Source: an uncultured Verrucomicrobiae bacterium (GTDB lineage Bacteria; Verrucomicrobiota; Verrucomicrobiia; Chthoniobacterales; JAATET01). From it: DNA of 64,000 nt. Each line of letters starts with the position of its first letter. Position 1 is the stretch's first letter. Shown here piece by piece: positions 29,968 to 40,694 of the stretch. Below the pieces are notes generated by a model. That model made no database searches. It saw only the letters and a list, made by a program, of their open reading frames with translations, and had not been told where the DNA came from. The translations under genes were made by a program, and so were the position numbers. Location: positions 96,001 to 160,000 of the forward strand of contig CAVRCI010000002.1 in the NCBI GenBank assembly GCA_963719495.1. Direction: 5' to 3'.

Positions 29968-30360
29968 TTAGTTTCGATGGCTCAGTCCGGGGACTCTAAA
30001 TTCTTGAAGGCACTTCTCGCAGCGGTGGACTCTCCAGCTTGCCGACTCAATCTCGATATATCGGGGAAGCTCGGAAAGCCGGTGCATGCAAACAGGGCAG
30101 TTGGGAACAGCGAGAACTGCTCGATATATGAGATACCCGACAAGCCAAACAGATAATCCGATAGCCGCGACCACCAGACAAGCGTTCGCCCAGTGATTGT
30201 CCTGAAGATGGTTACTAAAAGTCGGTCCTGCCATGATTATCACTATGACAATCGCAAAAATAGCAAGTGATTTAGCAAATGTCTCTCGATGGAATCCGGA
30301 GACTTCACGTGGTAACTCTTTATCTTCAAGCATTGTGGAAGTTGATGGGCTTGGGTTCAT
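29968..30360 (-). CDS. Two-TM protein with C-terminal Zn ribbon (copy 1)
   Basis: TM helices plus CPVC...CEKC. Confidence 0.7.
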   Translation of the reverse strand: MNPSPSTSTMLEDKELPREVSGFHRETFAKSLAIFAIVIVIIMAGPTFSNHLQDNHWANACLVVAAIGLSVWLVGYLIYRAVLAVPNCPVCMHRLSELPRYIEIESASWRVHRCEKCLQEFRVPGLSHRN

Positions 30361-30628
30361 GTCAGTCTCGAAAAGACAGAGTTGGTAATCGAACAACGAA
30401 CTCGACTGGAGACAAATTGGACGATCCGAAGAGGTCCTGGGTCATGCAGCAAGTTGCTCAGAAATATCATCCACCGGAGGTCGAGCCGAACGTCAAGCTC
30501 AGCCACCCTGAGCGGGCAACCAAGCCAACCCAACGGTGAACTGCCGGAAGCGGGAACGAGCAACCCCAGCCAGCGAAGCGGCTAGGGGTTGGCTGCAGCG
30601 CCTTGTTAGCCCTGTATTGAATTTGTTC

Positions 30629-30991
30629 TCATATCGGAAGGATTCGAACACGAGTCCGATTCGGAAGAATTGTAACAATGGCACCTTTTTCGAGTTGTTC
30701 GGAAAATGAATCTATTACTGTTAGAACGGTTGATCCGAGCGCTTCGGGCGTGATATCGTCAACGCGAGCTTGAATGACGCTGGGCTTGTGGGCGTGGGAA
30801 TGAGCAAGCAGCGTTCCAAAGTCGAGATCGTGCGTGAAAATCACGAGGTTCTCAGCTCGAGCGTGTTCGAAAATTACATGGTCCTTCGCATTCCGTGGTC
30901 CTAGAGACGACCAATGGAATGAATGAATCTTGGTTTGGTCGAAGAATGGAATCCAGTCTTCGGGTAGGCACACATCGACGAGAATCGTCAT
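30629..30991 (-). CDS. DUF5615 PIN-like toxin
   Basis: ILVDVCLP...A.DHVIF.HA...THDLDFG motifs. Confidence 0.88.
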   Translation of the reverse strand: MTILVDVCLPEDWIPFFDQTKIHSFHWSSLGPRNAKDHVIFEHARAENLVIFTHDLDFGTLLAHSHAHKPSVIQARVDDITPEALGSTVLTVIDSFSEQLEKGAIVTILPNRTRVRILPI

Positions 30992-31212
30992 GCAGCCTGT
31001 AGTTCTGCATCATAGGCCTCCGCGAGCCAGGTAGCGTATGAGAGAGCAGCGGAAATATCCTCAGCTTCGAGAAAAGGATACATACCAAGAACCTTGGCTC
31101 GGTCGTGACCAGCGGCAATTAACCCTGTAATCGTGCCGACAGTTATCCGCATGTTCCGAATACAGGGCTTCCCGCCCATTAACGCTGGATCTCTTGTGAT
31201 ACGCTCGTGCAT
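30988..31212 (-). CDS. DUF433 antitoxin
   Basis: DPALMGGKPCIRNMRITV motif. Confidence 0.9.
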   Translation of the reverse strand: MHERITRDPALMGGKPCIRNMRITVGTITGLIAAGHDRAKVLGMYPFLEAEDISAALSYATWLAEAYDAELQAA

Positions 31213-31383
31213 GCCGAAACGTAGAACATTGCCGACGGCGCGACAACAGCAATTTATGGGCTAACGTCAAGCTCAGCCACCCCGAACGGGCGACCGGATA
31301 CTACTGGTGATCAACTGCCGATTGCGCTTCCGCAACCCCAGGAGCGAAGCGGATAGGGGTTGGCTGCAGCGCCTTGTTAGGTC

Positions 31384-31851
31384 TCAGGAATTATTGTTGT
31401 TTCGAGCAGACCGGCGCCAAGTAATAACTGCTAGCCAGAAACAAAATATCTGAGTGAGCTCAGGAATCTCAGGAATGAAGTCAATTGTGCATCTTCTAGT
31501 GAAAGGGTGAGTTGTAGTGATTACTCCAACCGGTTGTGATCCTGTAGATATGTCATAGCAACGAGTAAAAGGCGATTGCGCTTTCGAAAGAAGAGAGCCT
31601 TCCGGAGTGTCAATTTGAAAGGATCGAAACATGGCGTTCGGCTTGTGTGCTTCTGAAATCGTGCTGGTATCAGAGAGTAACGACCAGCGCCCGCTCATCC
31701 ATCCGTGTTTTTGTATCGTGTAACAAGTTCTATTGTATTGAATGGAGCCCTGTTCAGTAAAAAAGTCGAATTCAGCAATCGCTTGACCGGTAGGTGATCC
31801 CTCAATATGAAAGTTCCAAGAACAAAGAGATTCTGGCAGGCAAGTGAGCAT
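31384..31851 (-). CDS. Hypothetical protein, LURP-one/scramblase-like beta fold
   Basis: Repeated beta strands and a C-terminal hydrophobic helix. Confidence 0.55.
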   Translation of the reverse strand: MLTCLPESLCSWNFHIEGSPTGQAIAEFDFFTEQGSIQYNRTCYTIQKHGWMSGRWSLLSDTSTISEAHKPNAMFRSFQIDTPEGSLLSKAQSPFTRCYDISTGSQPVGVITTTHPFTRRCTIDFIPEIPELTQIFCFWLAVITWRRSARNNNNS

Positions 31852-31981
31852 TATAATAATGACCTAACGCCAAGCTCAGCCACCCCGAACGGGGGACCAA
31901 ATTCTGAGCTTGATGTGATGGAATGGACGGAAGTCAGAACAAGAGCGCCGGGTGACGGCTAGGGGTTGGCTGTAGCGCTCT

Positions 31982-32375
31982 GGTCGTCGGGACGGCTCGT
32001 GGACATGATGGCCGGCCGTAGCATCCGACAGGGGCTAAACCGTGGAAGTCAGGAACAATTCAACCACATGGACCGAGGCTCGTGCCAGACTGGTCGTGGC
32101 AATCTTTCCTCGTGATGGTGAAAATGTAGTCGAAACAGATCAATCAGCGAAGTCGCGGAGGCGCAAGCTCGACCCGGCTCTGCGGGTGGAGCGGCGAGAC
32201 CCGGAACGGCGGAGTGAGATCGGAGAGGTGGAAGAGGGCGTCTGTGACGAGGGGAGTCGGCGGATGGAAGGGGAAAGGGGCATCCAGTCGAATTCTCTCG
32301 GCTCAGTCGCCCGATCGAATCAAAAGCAAGCGTTTCTAAACCGAACTCAATCATTATTTTTTGTATAAGGCGACC
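31982..32375. other. Family E cassette with GGT/ACC cores (Pro/Arg-rich 101-aa ORF 32049-32354 of doubtful status)
   Basis: Homologous to 50506-50899 and 59211-59603. Confidence 0.7.
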
Positions 32376-32489
32376 GTCAAGCTCAGCCACCCTGAGCGGG
32401 TAATCGAGCCAACCCTGAGGTGAGCTGCCGATAGCGGGTCCGAGCAACCCCAGCCAGCGAAGCGGCTAGGGGTTGGCTGCAGCGCCTTG

Positions 32490-32954
32490 TTAGGCCGCAT
32501 TTTCAGCTTCTTCATTTCGGATTGGGTAATCCTTCAGAATTCGATTCAATTGAAGCAGTGCGTCATTGAGATATGACTGATCAATATCAAAAATAAATTT
32601 GTGACTCTGAATCAAGGCATCAGGCGTGATTAAACAGGTTGCTTGGATTTGTCCGAGCCGGTTGCAATCGAGCGATAAAGCCAAATTTGGTTCTATCGTT
32701 GGTAATGCTGCCTCTCCTTTACACGCGCCATTTAGAATCTGAACCTCATTTCGTAGAATTTCAATTTCATCGATCCGGATAAATGGTCCGTGAATGGAGA
32801 CATCGGCTCCCTGATCTGAGCAATTTGCGGTGATATTGAGCCAGTTGCCGTCCCAAAAGTCTGATGAATCGGGAAATTGCCTTCCCGAAATCCATATTTT
32901 CAGACGGCCGATTTGAATATCTGGACTTTCGGTCGGAAGCTGATTTATTTTCAC
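32490..32954 (-). CDS. WapI-like immunity family protein
   Basis: GRQFP...DFWDGNWL...EPNL...IDQSYL motifs. Confidence 0.6.
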   Translation of the reverse strand: MKINQLPTESPDIQIGRLKIWISGRQFPDSSDFWDGNWLNITANCSDQGADVSIHGPFIRIDEIEILRNEVQILNGACKGEAALPTIEPNLALSLDCNRLGQIQATCLITPDALIQSHKFIFDIDQSYLNDALLQLNRILKDYPIRNEEAENAA

Positions 32955-33099
32955 TCTTATGGCCTAACGTCAAGCTCAGCCACCCTGAGCGGGCAATCAA
33001 GCCAACGCCGAGGCGGGCTGCCAGTAGCGGGACCGAGCAACCCCAGCCAGCGAAGCGGCTAGGGGTTGGCTGCAGCGCCTTGTTCGGCTGTATCGCATT

Positions 33100-33492
33100 T
33101 TAGTTTCGATGGCTCAGTCCGGGGATTCTAAATTCTTGAAGGCACTTCTCGCAGCGGTGGACTCTCCAGCTTGCCGACTCAATCTCGATATATCGGGGAA
33201 GCTCGGAAAGCCGGTGCATGCAAACAGGGCAGTTGGGAACAGCGAGAACTGCTCGATATATGAGATACCCGACAAGCCAAACGGATAATCCGATAGCCGC
33301 GACCACCAGACAAGCGTTCGCCCAGTGATTGTCCTGAAGATGGTTACTAAAAGTCGGTCCTGCCATGATTATCACTATGACAATCGCAAAAATAGCAAGT
33401 GATTTAGCAAATGTCTCTCGATGGAATCCGGAGACTTCACGTGGTAACTCTTTATCTTCAAGCATTGTGGAAGTTGATGGACTTGGGTTCAT
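33100..33492 (-). CDS. Two-TM Zn-ribbon protein (copy 2)
   Basis: Near-identical to 29968-30360. Confidence 0.7.
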   Translation of the reverse strand: MNPSPSTSTMLEDKELPREVSGFHRETFAKSLAIFAIVIVIIMAGPTFSNHLQDNHWANACLVVAAIGLSVWLVGYLIYRAVLAVPNCPVCMHRLSELPRYIEIESASWRVHRCEKCLQEFRIPGLSHRN

Positions 33493-33736
33493 GTCAGTCT
33501 CGAAAAGACAGAGTTGGTAATCGAACAACGAACTCGACTGGAGACAAATTGGACGATCCGAAGAGGTCCTGGGTCATGCAGCAAGTTGCTCAGAAATATC
33601 ATCCACCCGAGGTCGAGCCGAACGTCAAGCTCAGCCACCCTGAGCGGGCAATCAAGCCAACCCTGAGGTGAGCTGCCAATAGCGGGAACGAGCAACCCCA
33701 GCCAGCGAAGCGGCTAGGGGTTGGCTGCAGCGCCTT

Positions 33737-34237
33737 GTTCGACGCGCATCTGTTCAAACTACGCATATCGTGACTTCCTCAAGCCAACCCCTCCGTATCT
33801 CTACCGAAGGCACTCCAATAATGAAGATCAAACCTTCGAAGAGGCTTCGTGATTGGAATCACTGAAATGCGATTGGAAGATTGTAGAGAGTAAAGGCTGA
33901 AGTGGAGCGGGAGGCTTGGGATCAAGCTCACAAATATACGTCTGGAAGTTTGTAGGGGGTAGAGGCTTAATTGGAATAGAGAGCGGGCATCAAGCTCACA
34001 AATAGAAGCTTAAAACGATTGTTGGGACATCTGGTGACTTCCGAACGATTGGTCGAAAATCAAAATATTCTATCCGTTGAGAAACTGTGTTTGTTGCCTA
34101 GGCCCCGATCCTCCGTCCTACGCTAGTCAAAAAAATAGAACCCGACCGCTTGAAACAAGATGTGGTGTTCCCTGACGGCGTCCGAATATGTAAGAGCGAA
34201 ATATAGTCATCCGCCGGAGGCTCACAATGAGTCGAAC
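33737..34237. other. Non-coding cassette family D, copy 3
   Basis: Near-identical to 28787-29287. Confidence 0.7.
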
Positions 34238-34358
34238 GTCAAGCTCAGCCACCCTGAGCGGGTAGCCGAGCCGACCCTGAGGTGAGCTGCCGGTAGCGGG
34301 ACCGAGCAACCCCAGCCAGCGAAGCGGCTAGGGGTTGGCTGCAGCGCCTTGTTCGGCT

Positions 34359-34649
34359 TCATCCATGCAGCGCTTCTAATACGATCTTTGGATGCCGTTC
34401 GGTGACCATGAGAAGCGCCCTGGCTGCTCCTTCCGGTTCTCGTCTCTTTTGCTCCCAATTCTGGATGGTTCGAGCACTTACCCCGATCATCAAGGCAAAT
34501 TCGGTCTGACTCAATCCTAGGTTTCCGCGGATGTGCTGAACATCGGGATTTGAGACCTCGGTTACCCGAAAGTCTTGCTTGTCACCGCGCTGAAACGAAC
34601 GAGCTTGCTTGATGCTACCAACCAGTAGTGAAAAATCTTCAGTATTCAT
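34359..34649 (-). CDS. higA: HigA antitoxin, copy 3
   Basis: Same protein as copy 1. Confidence 0.9.
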   Translation of the reverse strand: MNTEDFSLLVGSIKQARSFQRGDKQDFRVTEVSNPDVQHIRGNLGLSQTEFALMIGVSARTIQNWEQKRREPEGAARALLMVTERHPKIVLEALHG

Positions 34650-34960
34650 GAGAGTTCTTGCTGAACAAGTGTTCGGAGCACCTTGAGTTGTTCGTTCGTG
34701 AAGTTGTCTTGTTTGTTCTTCGGGTATGCGAGAAGTAGAAATATCGATCCCTCGTGAAGGATGTAGTAGATGACCCGGATGCCTCCACGCTTGCCGCGGC
34801 CTTGTGCGGACCAGCGTATTTTGCGAAGGCCACCGCTTCCGCGGATAAGATCGCCCGATTCAGGATTGAGCGAGAGAGTGACTTGAAAGTGGTGAAAATC
34901 GGCGTCATTGAGGAGCGTGGTGACCTGCTTGGTGAAAATAGGAGTTTCGATGAACTGCAC
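34646..34960 (-). CDS. higB: HigB-2 toxin, copy 3
   Basis: Same protein as copy 1. Confidence 0.9.
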   Translation of the reverse strand: MQFIETPIFTKQVTTLLNDADFHHFQVTLSLNPESGDLIRGSGGLRKIRWSAQGRGKRGGIRVIYYILHEGSIFLLLAYPKNKQDNFTNEQLKVLRTLVQQELS

Positions 34961-35126
34961 ATCATGAAAGATACGCCAATGGCGTATGCATGCAACTGAT
35001 TTCAGAGCCGAACGTCAAGCTCAGCCACCCTGAGCGGGCAACCGAGCCAACCCCCAGGTGAGCTGCCAATGGCGGGACCGAGCAACCCCAGCGAGCGAAG
35101 CGGCTAGGGGTTGGCTGCAGCGCCTT

Positions 35127-35408
35127 GTTCGGATCCGCCCGTCCGTGGTCCCGTTGGATCTGCTATCTACAGCCTTGCTCATTGTCTAGCCGACTGATGA
35201 TCGAGCCATACTAACGAGTGATACTGATGCTGGTCGATAGCGAAATACGCAACGAATGAGCTGGGTAAAATACCTTGGTTTGGGCCTTCGGATACTCAAA
35301 GCAACCTCATTGTGATCACCTTCCGAATACGCCAATTTTATACAAAGCAAACTACGAACGAGTTTGTTTGCAATTCGGGCGTCCGGCGACTGGGGCATAG
35401 GTCCGAAC
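35127..35408. other. Non-coding cassette family C, copy 3 (diverged)
   Basis: Homologous to 14686-14968. Confidence 0.7.
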
Positions 35409-35498
35409 GTCAAGCTCAGCCACCCTGAGCGGGCAATCAAGCCAACCCTGAGGTGAGCTGCCAGTAGCGGGACCGAGCAACGCCAGCCAGCGATGCGG

Positions 35499-35861
35499 CT
35501 AGGGGTTGGCTGCAGCGCCTTGTTCGGTCTCAGGGCTCAATAATGCCACGACTGCAGAAATGACTTCTTGGAATGAATCCTCATTCAGATTCCCAATTTC
35601 AGCTTTGAAGAGACTTGAATTGGCGGTGAATAGCTTTCCCGGTCGGACATAGCTGACAACTTGCAGTGCTCCAGATAAAAAATCAGAGTCGGATATCTGA
35701 ACCGCGCGTTGATCCGAATATGATTTGCTCGTGACTTGGCAAAGAATCCAGTCATCGCGTTCCGCAGATGCAAGAACTACCGCCGGTCGAACCTTCGATT
35801 TTGAGAGGTCCGAAAAGGGAAATGAGACCGTTACAACCGATCCTACTGAAGGTGTGCCCAT
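35499..35861 (-). CDS. mazF: MazF/PemK-family toxin
   Basis: GSVVTVSFPFSDL...KVRPAVV...QVTS motifs. Confidence 0.88.
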   Translation of the reverse strand: MGTPSVGSVVTVSFPFSDLSKSKVRPAVVLASAERDDWILCQVTSKSYSDQRAVQISDSDFLSGALQVVSYVRPGKLFTANSSLFKAEIGNLNEDSFQEVISAVVALLSPETEQGAAANP

Positions 35862-36052
35862 GCAATGTCTTCCTCTGGTCGATTCCAGTCCTCCGCTAGC
35901 GCTGATTCGCTCAACAGAAGGGTATCCGATGCATTCGGCGAAGGTCCCTCGTCGAGAATGGTGACCAACGCTCGCCGAGCAGCCTGGAAATGAACAGGCT
36001 GCAAAAGATGAACGCCGCCTTCTGGTCCGACTATCGCTTCAACGGTCAACAT
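35843..36052 (-). CDS. Putative antitoxin
   Basis: SESALAEDW..PEED.AWAHL; overlaps the toxin. Confidence 0.75.
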   Translation of the reverse strand: MLTVEAIVGPEGGVHLLQPVHFQAARRALVTILDEGPSPNASDTLLLSESALAEDWNRPEEDIAWAHLQ

Positions 36053-36192
36053 TAACTCATGATATCGCTGGTTTGACGATCCACAAGGATTTATGACCGA
36101 ACGTCAAGCTCAGCCACCCTGAGCGGGTGACCAAGCCAACCCTGAGGTGAGCTGCCGGTAGCGGGTTCGAGCAACCCCAACCAGCGAAGCGG

Positions 36193-36987
36193 CTAGGGGT
36201 TGGCTGCAGCGCCTTGTTCGGTCCTCAGGATTTCACTCTGGAGTTGATCAATCGTTAGAAATGGCCTCGCTCGATGAATCATCCTATGACAATTAGAGCA
36301 TACGATAGCGAGATCGTTGAGACCTGTAGTTGCGGTTTCGCTGAGAGTATGAAGAGGCTGGAGATGATGCACCTCGCAGAATTCTGAGCCTATCGGTCCA
36401 TAGAAGCGCTCGAAGTCGAAATTACAGCATTCGCAAATCAGTTTCGCGCCCGTCGCTAGGATTGAGAGCCTCTTGGCTCTGATTGTTGATCGGTCCCTTT
36501 CCCTAACAAAATGCAATCTTGCTACCAACCTTCCTTCTTCTCGGCTTACAACATCGTCTAATTCCAAATCTGGCGCATGCTCGATCTTGTCATCAATATC
36601 TAGAAATTCGGGTGTAATGCAAATGGCGTAAGGCCGAAGAAAGTCGTCCCGGAGTGGCTCATTTGTGTTGGCGAGCGTGAGACTCGATAATGGTGGGACC
36701 AGAGAAATTGGTGTTAGGTCGTAATAGTCGACCTTTGTATGTCCACTTTCGTTGATCTCGAGTGATTGTATGCGCGCCCAATATCGAAGTCCGTCAATTC
36801 GCTCTCCGAAAGCCAAAATCAGTGGTAATTCTTGATCTAATTCTGTTGCTTTTCGGAGCATTGATACGGCAGTCATCCAGCTCTTACGTTCGATAAAAGA
36901 TCCCACTCCTCCGCTCATATAAACTGAGTCTAGCTCATTCGAATGACGGATTGTGTAAACCGATTTGGGGTATAGGGGCTCGTTCAT
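36193..36987 (-). CDS. HNH endonuclease (McrA-like C-terminal domain)
   Basis: EEG...RER...CECC.FDF...YG...EVHH...VCSNCHRMIH motifs. Confidence 0.9.
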   Translation of the reverse strand: MNEPLYPKSVYTIRHSNELDSVYMSGGVGSFIERKSWMTAVSMLRKATELDQELPLILAFGERIDGLRYWARIQSLEINESGHTKVDYYDLTPISLVPPLSSLTLANTNEPLRDDFLRPYAICITPEFLDIDDKIEHAPDLELDDVVSREEGRLVARLHFVRERDRSTIRAKRLSILATGAKLICECCNFDFERFYGPIGSEFCEVHHLQPLHTLSETATTGLNDLAIVCSNCHRMIHRARPFLTIDQLQSEILRTEQGAAANP

Positions 36988-37119
36988 GATTTGTATGACC
37001 GAACGTCAAGCTCAGCCACCCTGAGCGGGGCAACGAATGTCTAGGAAAGGTGTTTGCGGGAGGGGGATCGGTCGGCCAAGGCTTGCCGTAGGCCGGCTAG
37101 GGGTTGGCTGCAGCGCCTT

Positions 37120-37469
37120 GTTCGTCGGAAGAGGTGACTGCACAATGGAGGACCCGATCGTCCGACAGGCCGACGATGGTCAAACCCAGCAAGCGGCTTC
37201 GTTAGAGCATTCAGTAGAAGAGGCTTCTGTGGTCCAGATTGACTACGCATTATAAATATATTGCTCGTGACAAGAGCAGGGCGGAACGGATTCTGGATGG
37301 ATTTACTCATGCCGCGTGAGCGCCCCAGGCGTCCATGGCAGGCGAATAACCGTTGGGGTCGAATCGGGAGTGATCAATGGAAAACTAGAATCGTGCTCAA
37401 TCGTATGCCGAAGGGAATCGAGCAACTCTGAACCTTCCCTTGATCTCCCCTCTAATAAATCAGGCGAAC
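37120..37469. other. Non-coding cassette family A, copy 6
   Basis: Homologous to 468-817. Confidence 0.8.
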
Positions 37470-37589
37470 GTCAAGCTCAGCCACCCTGAACGGACGACCG
37501 GAGACAACTGGTGATCAACTGCCGGTGGCGGGACCGCGCAACCCCAGCAGCGAAGCGGCTAGGGGTTGGCTGCAGCGCCTTGTTCGCTT

Positions 37590-38252
37590 TCATTCCTTCT
37601 TTTTTATCTCTTTGAGATAACGTTCATACTCTATGCCGAGTATCTTGAACTTTTGAGCAAATGGAATTACGACTAGAGCTACAACGATACCAAGAAGCGT
37701 CAGTCTGGTTGAGTCAACTAATTCAATTGCTGCCTGATCGCAGAAGAAGTCGACGATAGCTAGAATAAAAAAGATACCGGCGATCACCCAGCATACTGTT
37801 TGAAAGCGGTCTTTCGTCTGCTCGATGTCGGTAGCAATCTGTTCTTTCGTCGTCGCGACGGAATTAGCGGACAAAGAATGATACGAAGGAAATAATTCTG
37901 GACTTAAAGGTTGGACAGAATTCCCGCTATCGACGTAATAGAAATCGAAAGGCTTGTCAAATGCAGGTCCCTTGGCTCGAACGACCAAGTAGCAGGGTGC
38001 GCCAACAGCACGGGCCGCTTTGGAATATGCAATGAGCTGTGCAAAGACTTTTCGTTGGACAGAGTCATCAACCGCTCCTTTAACCTCGAAGAATGCAATC
38101 CGACGGTCTCTCGAAAGGTCGGTGATGGCAAAATCCGGTCGATATCGGTCACCAAGTCGGGCTTCGAATGCAATGGCATCCGCGGGATAGCCTTTCTTGA
38201 GAAGAAATTGATGAAATTCCTGTTCAAGTTCCGAGTGAAAAGATGGATTCAT
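37590..38252 (-). CDS. PD-(D/E)XK nuclease (HsdR-N-like) fused to two C-terminal TM helices
   Basis: E...RPDF...FFEVK...QL..Y, then two hydrophobic segments. Confidence 0.75.
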   Translation of the reverse strand: MNPSFHSELEQEFHQFLLKKGYPADAIAFEARLGDRYRPDFAITDLSRDRRIAFFEVKGAVDDSVQRKVFAQLIAYSKAARAVGAPCYLVVRAKGPAFDKPFDFYYVDSGNSVQPLSPELFPSYHSLSANSVATTKEQIATDIEQTKDRFQTVCWVIAGIFFILAIVDFFCDQAAIELVDSTRLTLLGIVVALVVIPFAQKFKILGIEYERYLKEIKKKE

Positions 38253-38569
38253 TTATAAATAGCGAACGTCAAGCTCAGCCACCCTGAGCGGGCAATCAAG
38301 CCAACCCTGAGGTGAGCTGCCGTTAGCGGGACCGAGCAACCCCAGCCAGCGAAGCGGCTAGGGGTTGGCTGCAGCGCCTTGTTAGACCGCATTTATTTAT
38401 TTGGGCTGTAATCCGATCCAACGAATTCGTGCATGATTCTGCACCTCAATTCGTTGACGATGGTCCGAGAACGAGAATTACGAATTATTGCGGTAGGCAG
38501 GAGGCTGTGACCAAGCCGTTGGCGAAGAACTATTGTATCCGGAGCAAGCGTTTCGCATGACAGTCGCTT

Positions 38570-38920
38570 CTAAAAATCGTTTTTCAATTCGCCGAGTTTC
38601 GTGATCACCCATACCAGGTAGTAGATGGATAGTCCTCCATAGATGATCGAATAGTCGGTTCCGGTAGGAAGGGGAGCGAGTGTGAAAAACGCCACTGCTG
38701 ATGCGAAGCCGACGAGCGAGAGTCCCCAGGAATAGACTGATCGAAAAGGAACGAAGGTCCCAATGAGAAAAGAACCTAGGAAAATGAGAAGAACCAAAAG
38801 GGCTGCTGTCATCCATCCCGGCGGATAGACTAAGATGCTTCCGATCATGAATATGAAGACTCCAAGCGCGGAAAGCGCAGTAGCGATCGACAGGAGGATT
38901 CGAGCAGCGGAAAGAATCAT
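38570..38920 (-). CDS. Four-TM membrane protein
   Basis: Hydrophobic ORF. Confidence 0.7.
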   Translation of the reverse strand: MILSAARILLSIATALSALGVFIFMIGSILVYPPGWMTAALLVLLIFLGSFLIGTFVPFRSVYSWGLSLVGFASAVAFFTLAPLPTGTDYSIIYGGLSIYYLVWVITKLGELKNDF

Positions 38921-39025
38921 TTTTTATGGTCTAACGTCAAGCTCAGCCACCCTGAGCTTGTATAGGGATTTGGCAAACGGAACAACTGCCTGTAGAGGGT
39001 TCCTCAACCCAAGTCGCGATAGCGG

Positions 39026-39397
39026 CTAGGGGTTGGCTGCAGCGCCTTGTTCGGCCTCATCCATTGGAGTCCGGGTATTGCTACGGTATAAGGGAATGAC
39101 GAGGAAGTAGATGATGGCACCAATGAAGTTTGTAAAAATAATCACCATCGTCCAAACGATTTTGTCTGTTGCCGAAAGGCCGCTATTCAGAAGCATGCAA
39201 ATAAGTGCCGCTATCCAAATTGCGAACAGAGCTACAGCCGACGCAAGCATCGCAACCGGAATCATTGAAACAAGGGTCTGTTCGATTCTTGTCTGGCCGT
39301 CGGGATCGGCAATCCCATAGGAGATACCCGTGTATAAAATACCTGCCGCGAATGCAAAAAATATAATAGAGATGAGAAGGAGGGAAGCGCGCTTCAT
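39026..39397 (-). CDS. Membrane protein with PLDc_N-like domain
   Basis: IWI.ALI...KIVW.MVIIF.NFIGAIIYF motif. Confidence 0.75.
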   Translation of the reverse strand: MKRASLLLISIIFFAFAAGILYTGISYGIADPDGQTRIEQTLVSMIPVAMLASAVALFAIWIAALICMLLNSGLSATDKIVWTMVIIFTNFIGAIIYFLVIPLYRSNTRTPMDEAEQGAAANP

Positions 39398-39538
39398 ATG
39401 TAGTTATGTTTAATTGGCCGAACGTCAAGCTCAGCCACCCTGAGCGGGGCAACGAACGTCTAGGAAAGGTGTTTGCGGGAAGGGGATCGGTCGGCCAAGG
39501 CTTGCCTCAGGCCGGCTAGGGGTTGGCTGCAGCGCCTT

Positions 39539-39888
39539 GTTCGTCGGAAGAGGTGACTGCCCCATGGAGGACCCGATCGTCCGACAGGCCGACGATGGTC
39601 AAACCCAGCAAGCGGCTTCGTTAGAGCATTCAGTAGAAGAGGCTTCTGTGGTCCAGATCGACTCCGCATTATAAATATATTGCTCGTGACAAGAGAAGGG
39701 CGAAACGGATTCTGGATTGATCTACTCTTGCCGCGTGAGCGCCCGAAGCGTGCATGGCAGGGGAATAACCGTTGGCGTCGAATCGGGAGTGATGAATGGA
39801 AAACCAGAATCGTGCTCAATCGTATGCCGACGGGAATCGAATAACTCTGAACCTTCCCTTGATCTCAACTCCAATAAATCAGGCGAAC
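39539..39888. other. Non-coding cassette family A, copy 7
   Basis: Homologous to 468-817. Confidence 0.8.
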
Positions 39889-40014
39889 GTCAAGCTCAGC
39901 CACCCCGAACGGGTAATCGAGCCAACCCTGAGGTGAACTGCCAATAGCGGGAACGAGCAACCCCAGCCAGCGAAGCGGCTAGGGGTTGGCTGCAGCGCCT
40001 TGTTAGGCTGTATT

Positions 40015-40572
40015 TCACGTGAATTGATAGAGAATATCCTCGTCTAAAGTGAGAAGAGTTTCGCCCGTCAGTCCTGATCTATCGACACATTTTCTGCAGC
40101 ACATATTGACCTGTTCTGAGCAAATAGCTCCGCGGTAGAAATGGAGAAGCAATCCGAAAAAGCGCGCATTTTCAATTTTCAGGATTTGATTAATCAGTAG
40201 AATCCAGTCGTGAGTTGCACGTATGTCAGCCGACTTCCGTAACTCGCTCGTTCGCTCGTCACGAAGTTGAATGTTGGATTGCTGTTCGATCCAGCGAGAA
40301 ATCTTGGATTGCGACCATCCCTTGCGGCGGAGTGAGTCCGTCTTGCGATGAAAATCATTGTGCGGTGTCTTGAATCGATTGATTGATCCGAGAACGGATC
40401 CACAATCGCACATTCCCTTCGTTGTCGAAAAATACAAGTCGTCCTCTGATAATTGATCCTGAATGTATTGGTTTTCACAAATCGAAAATTTTCGGCCAAA
40501 GTTCGAGCCTATTCGTGCGATCTGTGAAAAATCGGCTCTTTTGGAGACGGTAGCAGTGATGTAGAGGCACAT
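40015..40572 (-). CDS. Hypothetical protein (MC start, CDCG motif)
   Basis: ORF filling the cassette. Confidence 0.7.
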   Translation of the reverse strand: MCLYITATVSKRADFSQIARIGSNFGRKFSICENQYIQDQLSEDDLYFSTTKGMCDCGSVLGSINRFKTPHNDFHRKTDSLRRKGWSQSKISRWIEQQSNIQLRDERTSELRKSADIRATHDWILLINQILKIENARFFGLLLHFYRGAICSEQVNMCCRKCVDRSGLTGETLLTLDEDILYQFT

Positions 40573-40581
40573 TTAATATAA

Positions 40582-40677
40582 GCCTAACGTTAGAAGTGTG
40601 GCACGGCGGGTGAATGGCGTCCAGAGCGAAGCGAACTAGAGGCGTTGTCCGCCGTTGCCACCATTGACTTGTTAGCC
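40582..40677 (-). repeat. attC: Atypical attC (about 96 bp)
   Basis: + strand GCCTAAC...GTGGCACGGCGG...CCGCCGTTGCCAC...GTTAGCC hairpin, unrelated to the dominant attC. Confidence 0.8.
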
Positions 40678-40694
40678 ATCTTTGATTCCACGAT

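Noticed and set aside
32042..32368. + strand 108-aa ORF in family E
   Set aside because: Broken by a stop in the 50506 copy, absent from the 20731 copy, and differences look mostly non-synonymous.
29950..34237. Duplicated cassettes as pure assembly artefacts
   Set aside because: Most copies differ by SNPs and have different neighbours with precise attC junctions. Identical copies still merit read-level confirmation.
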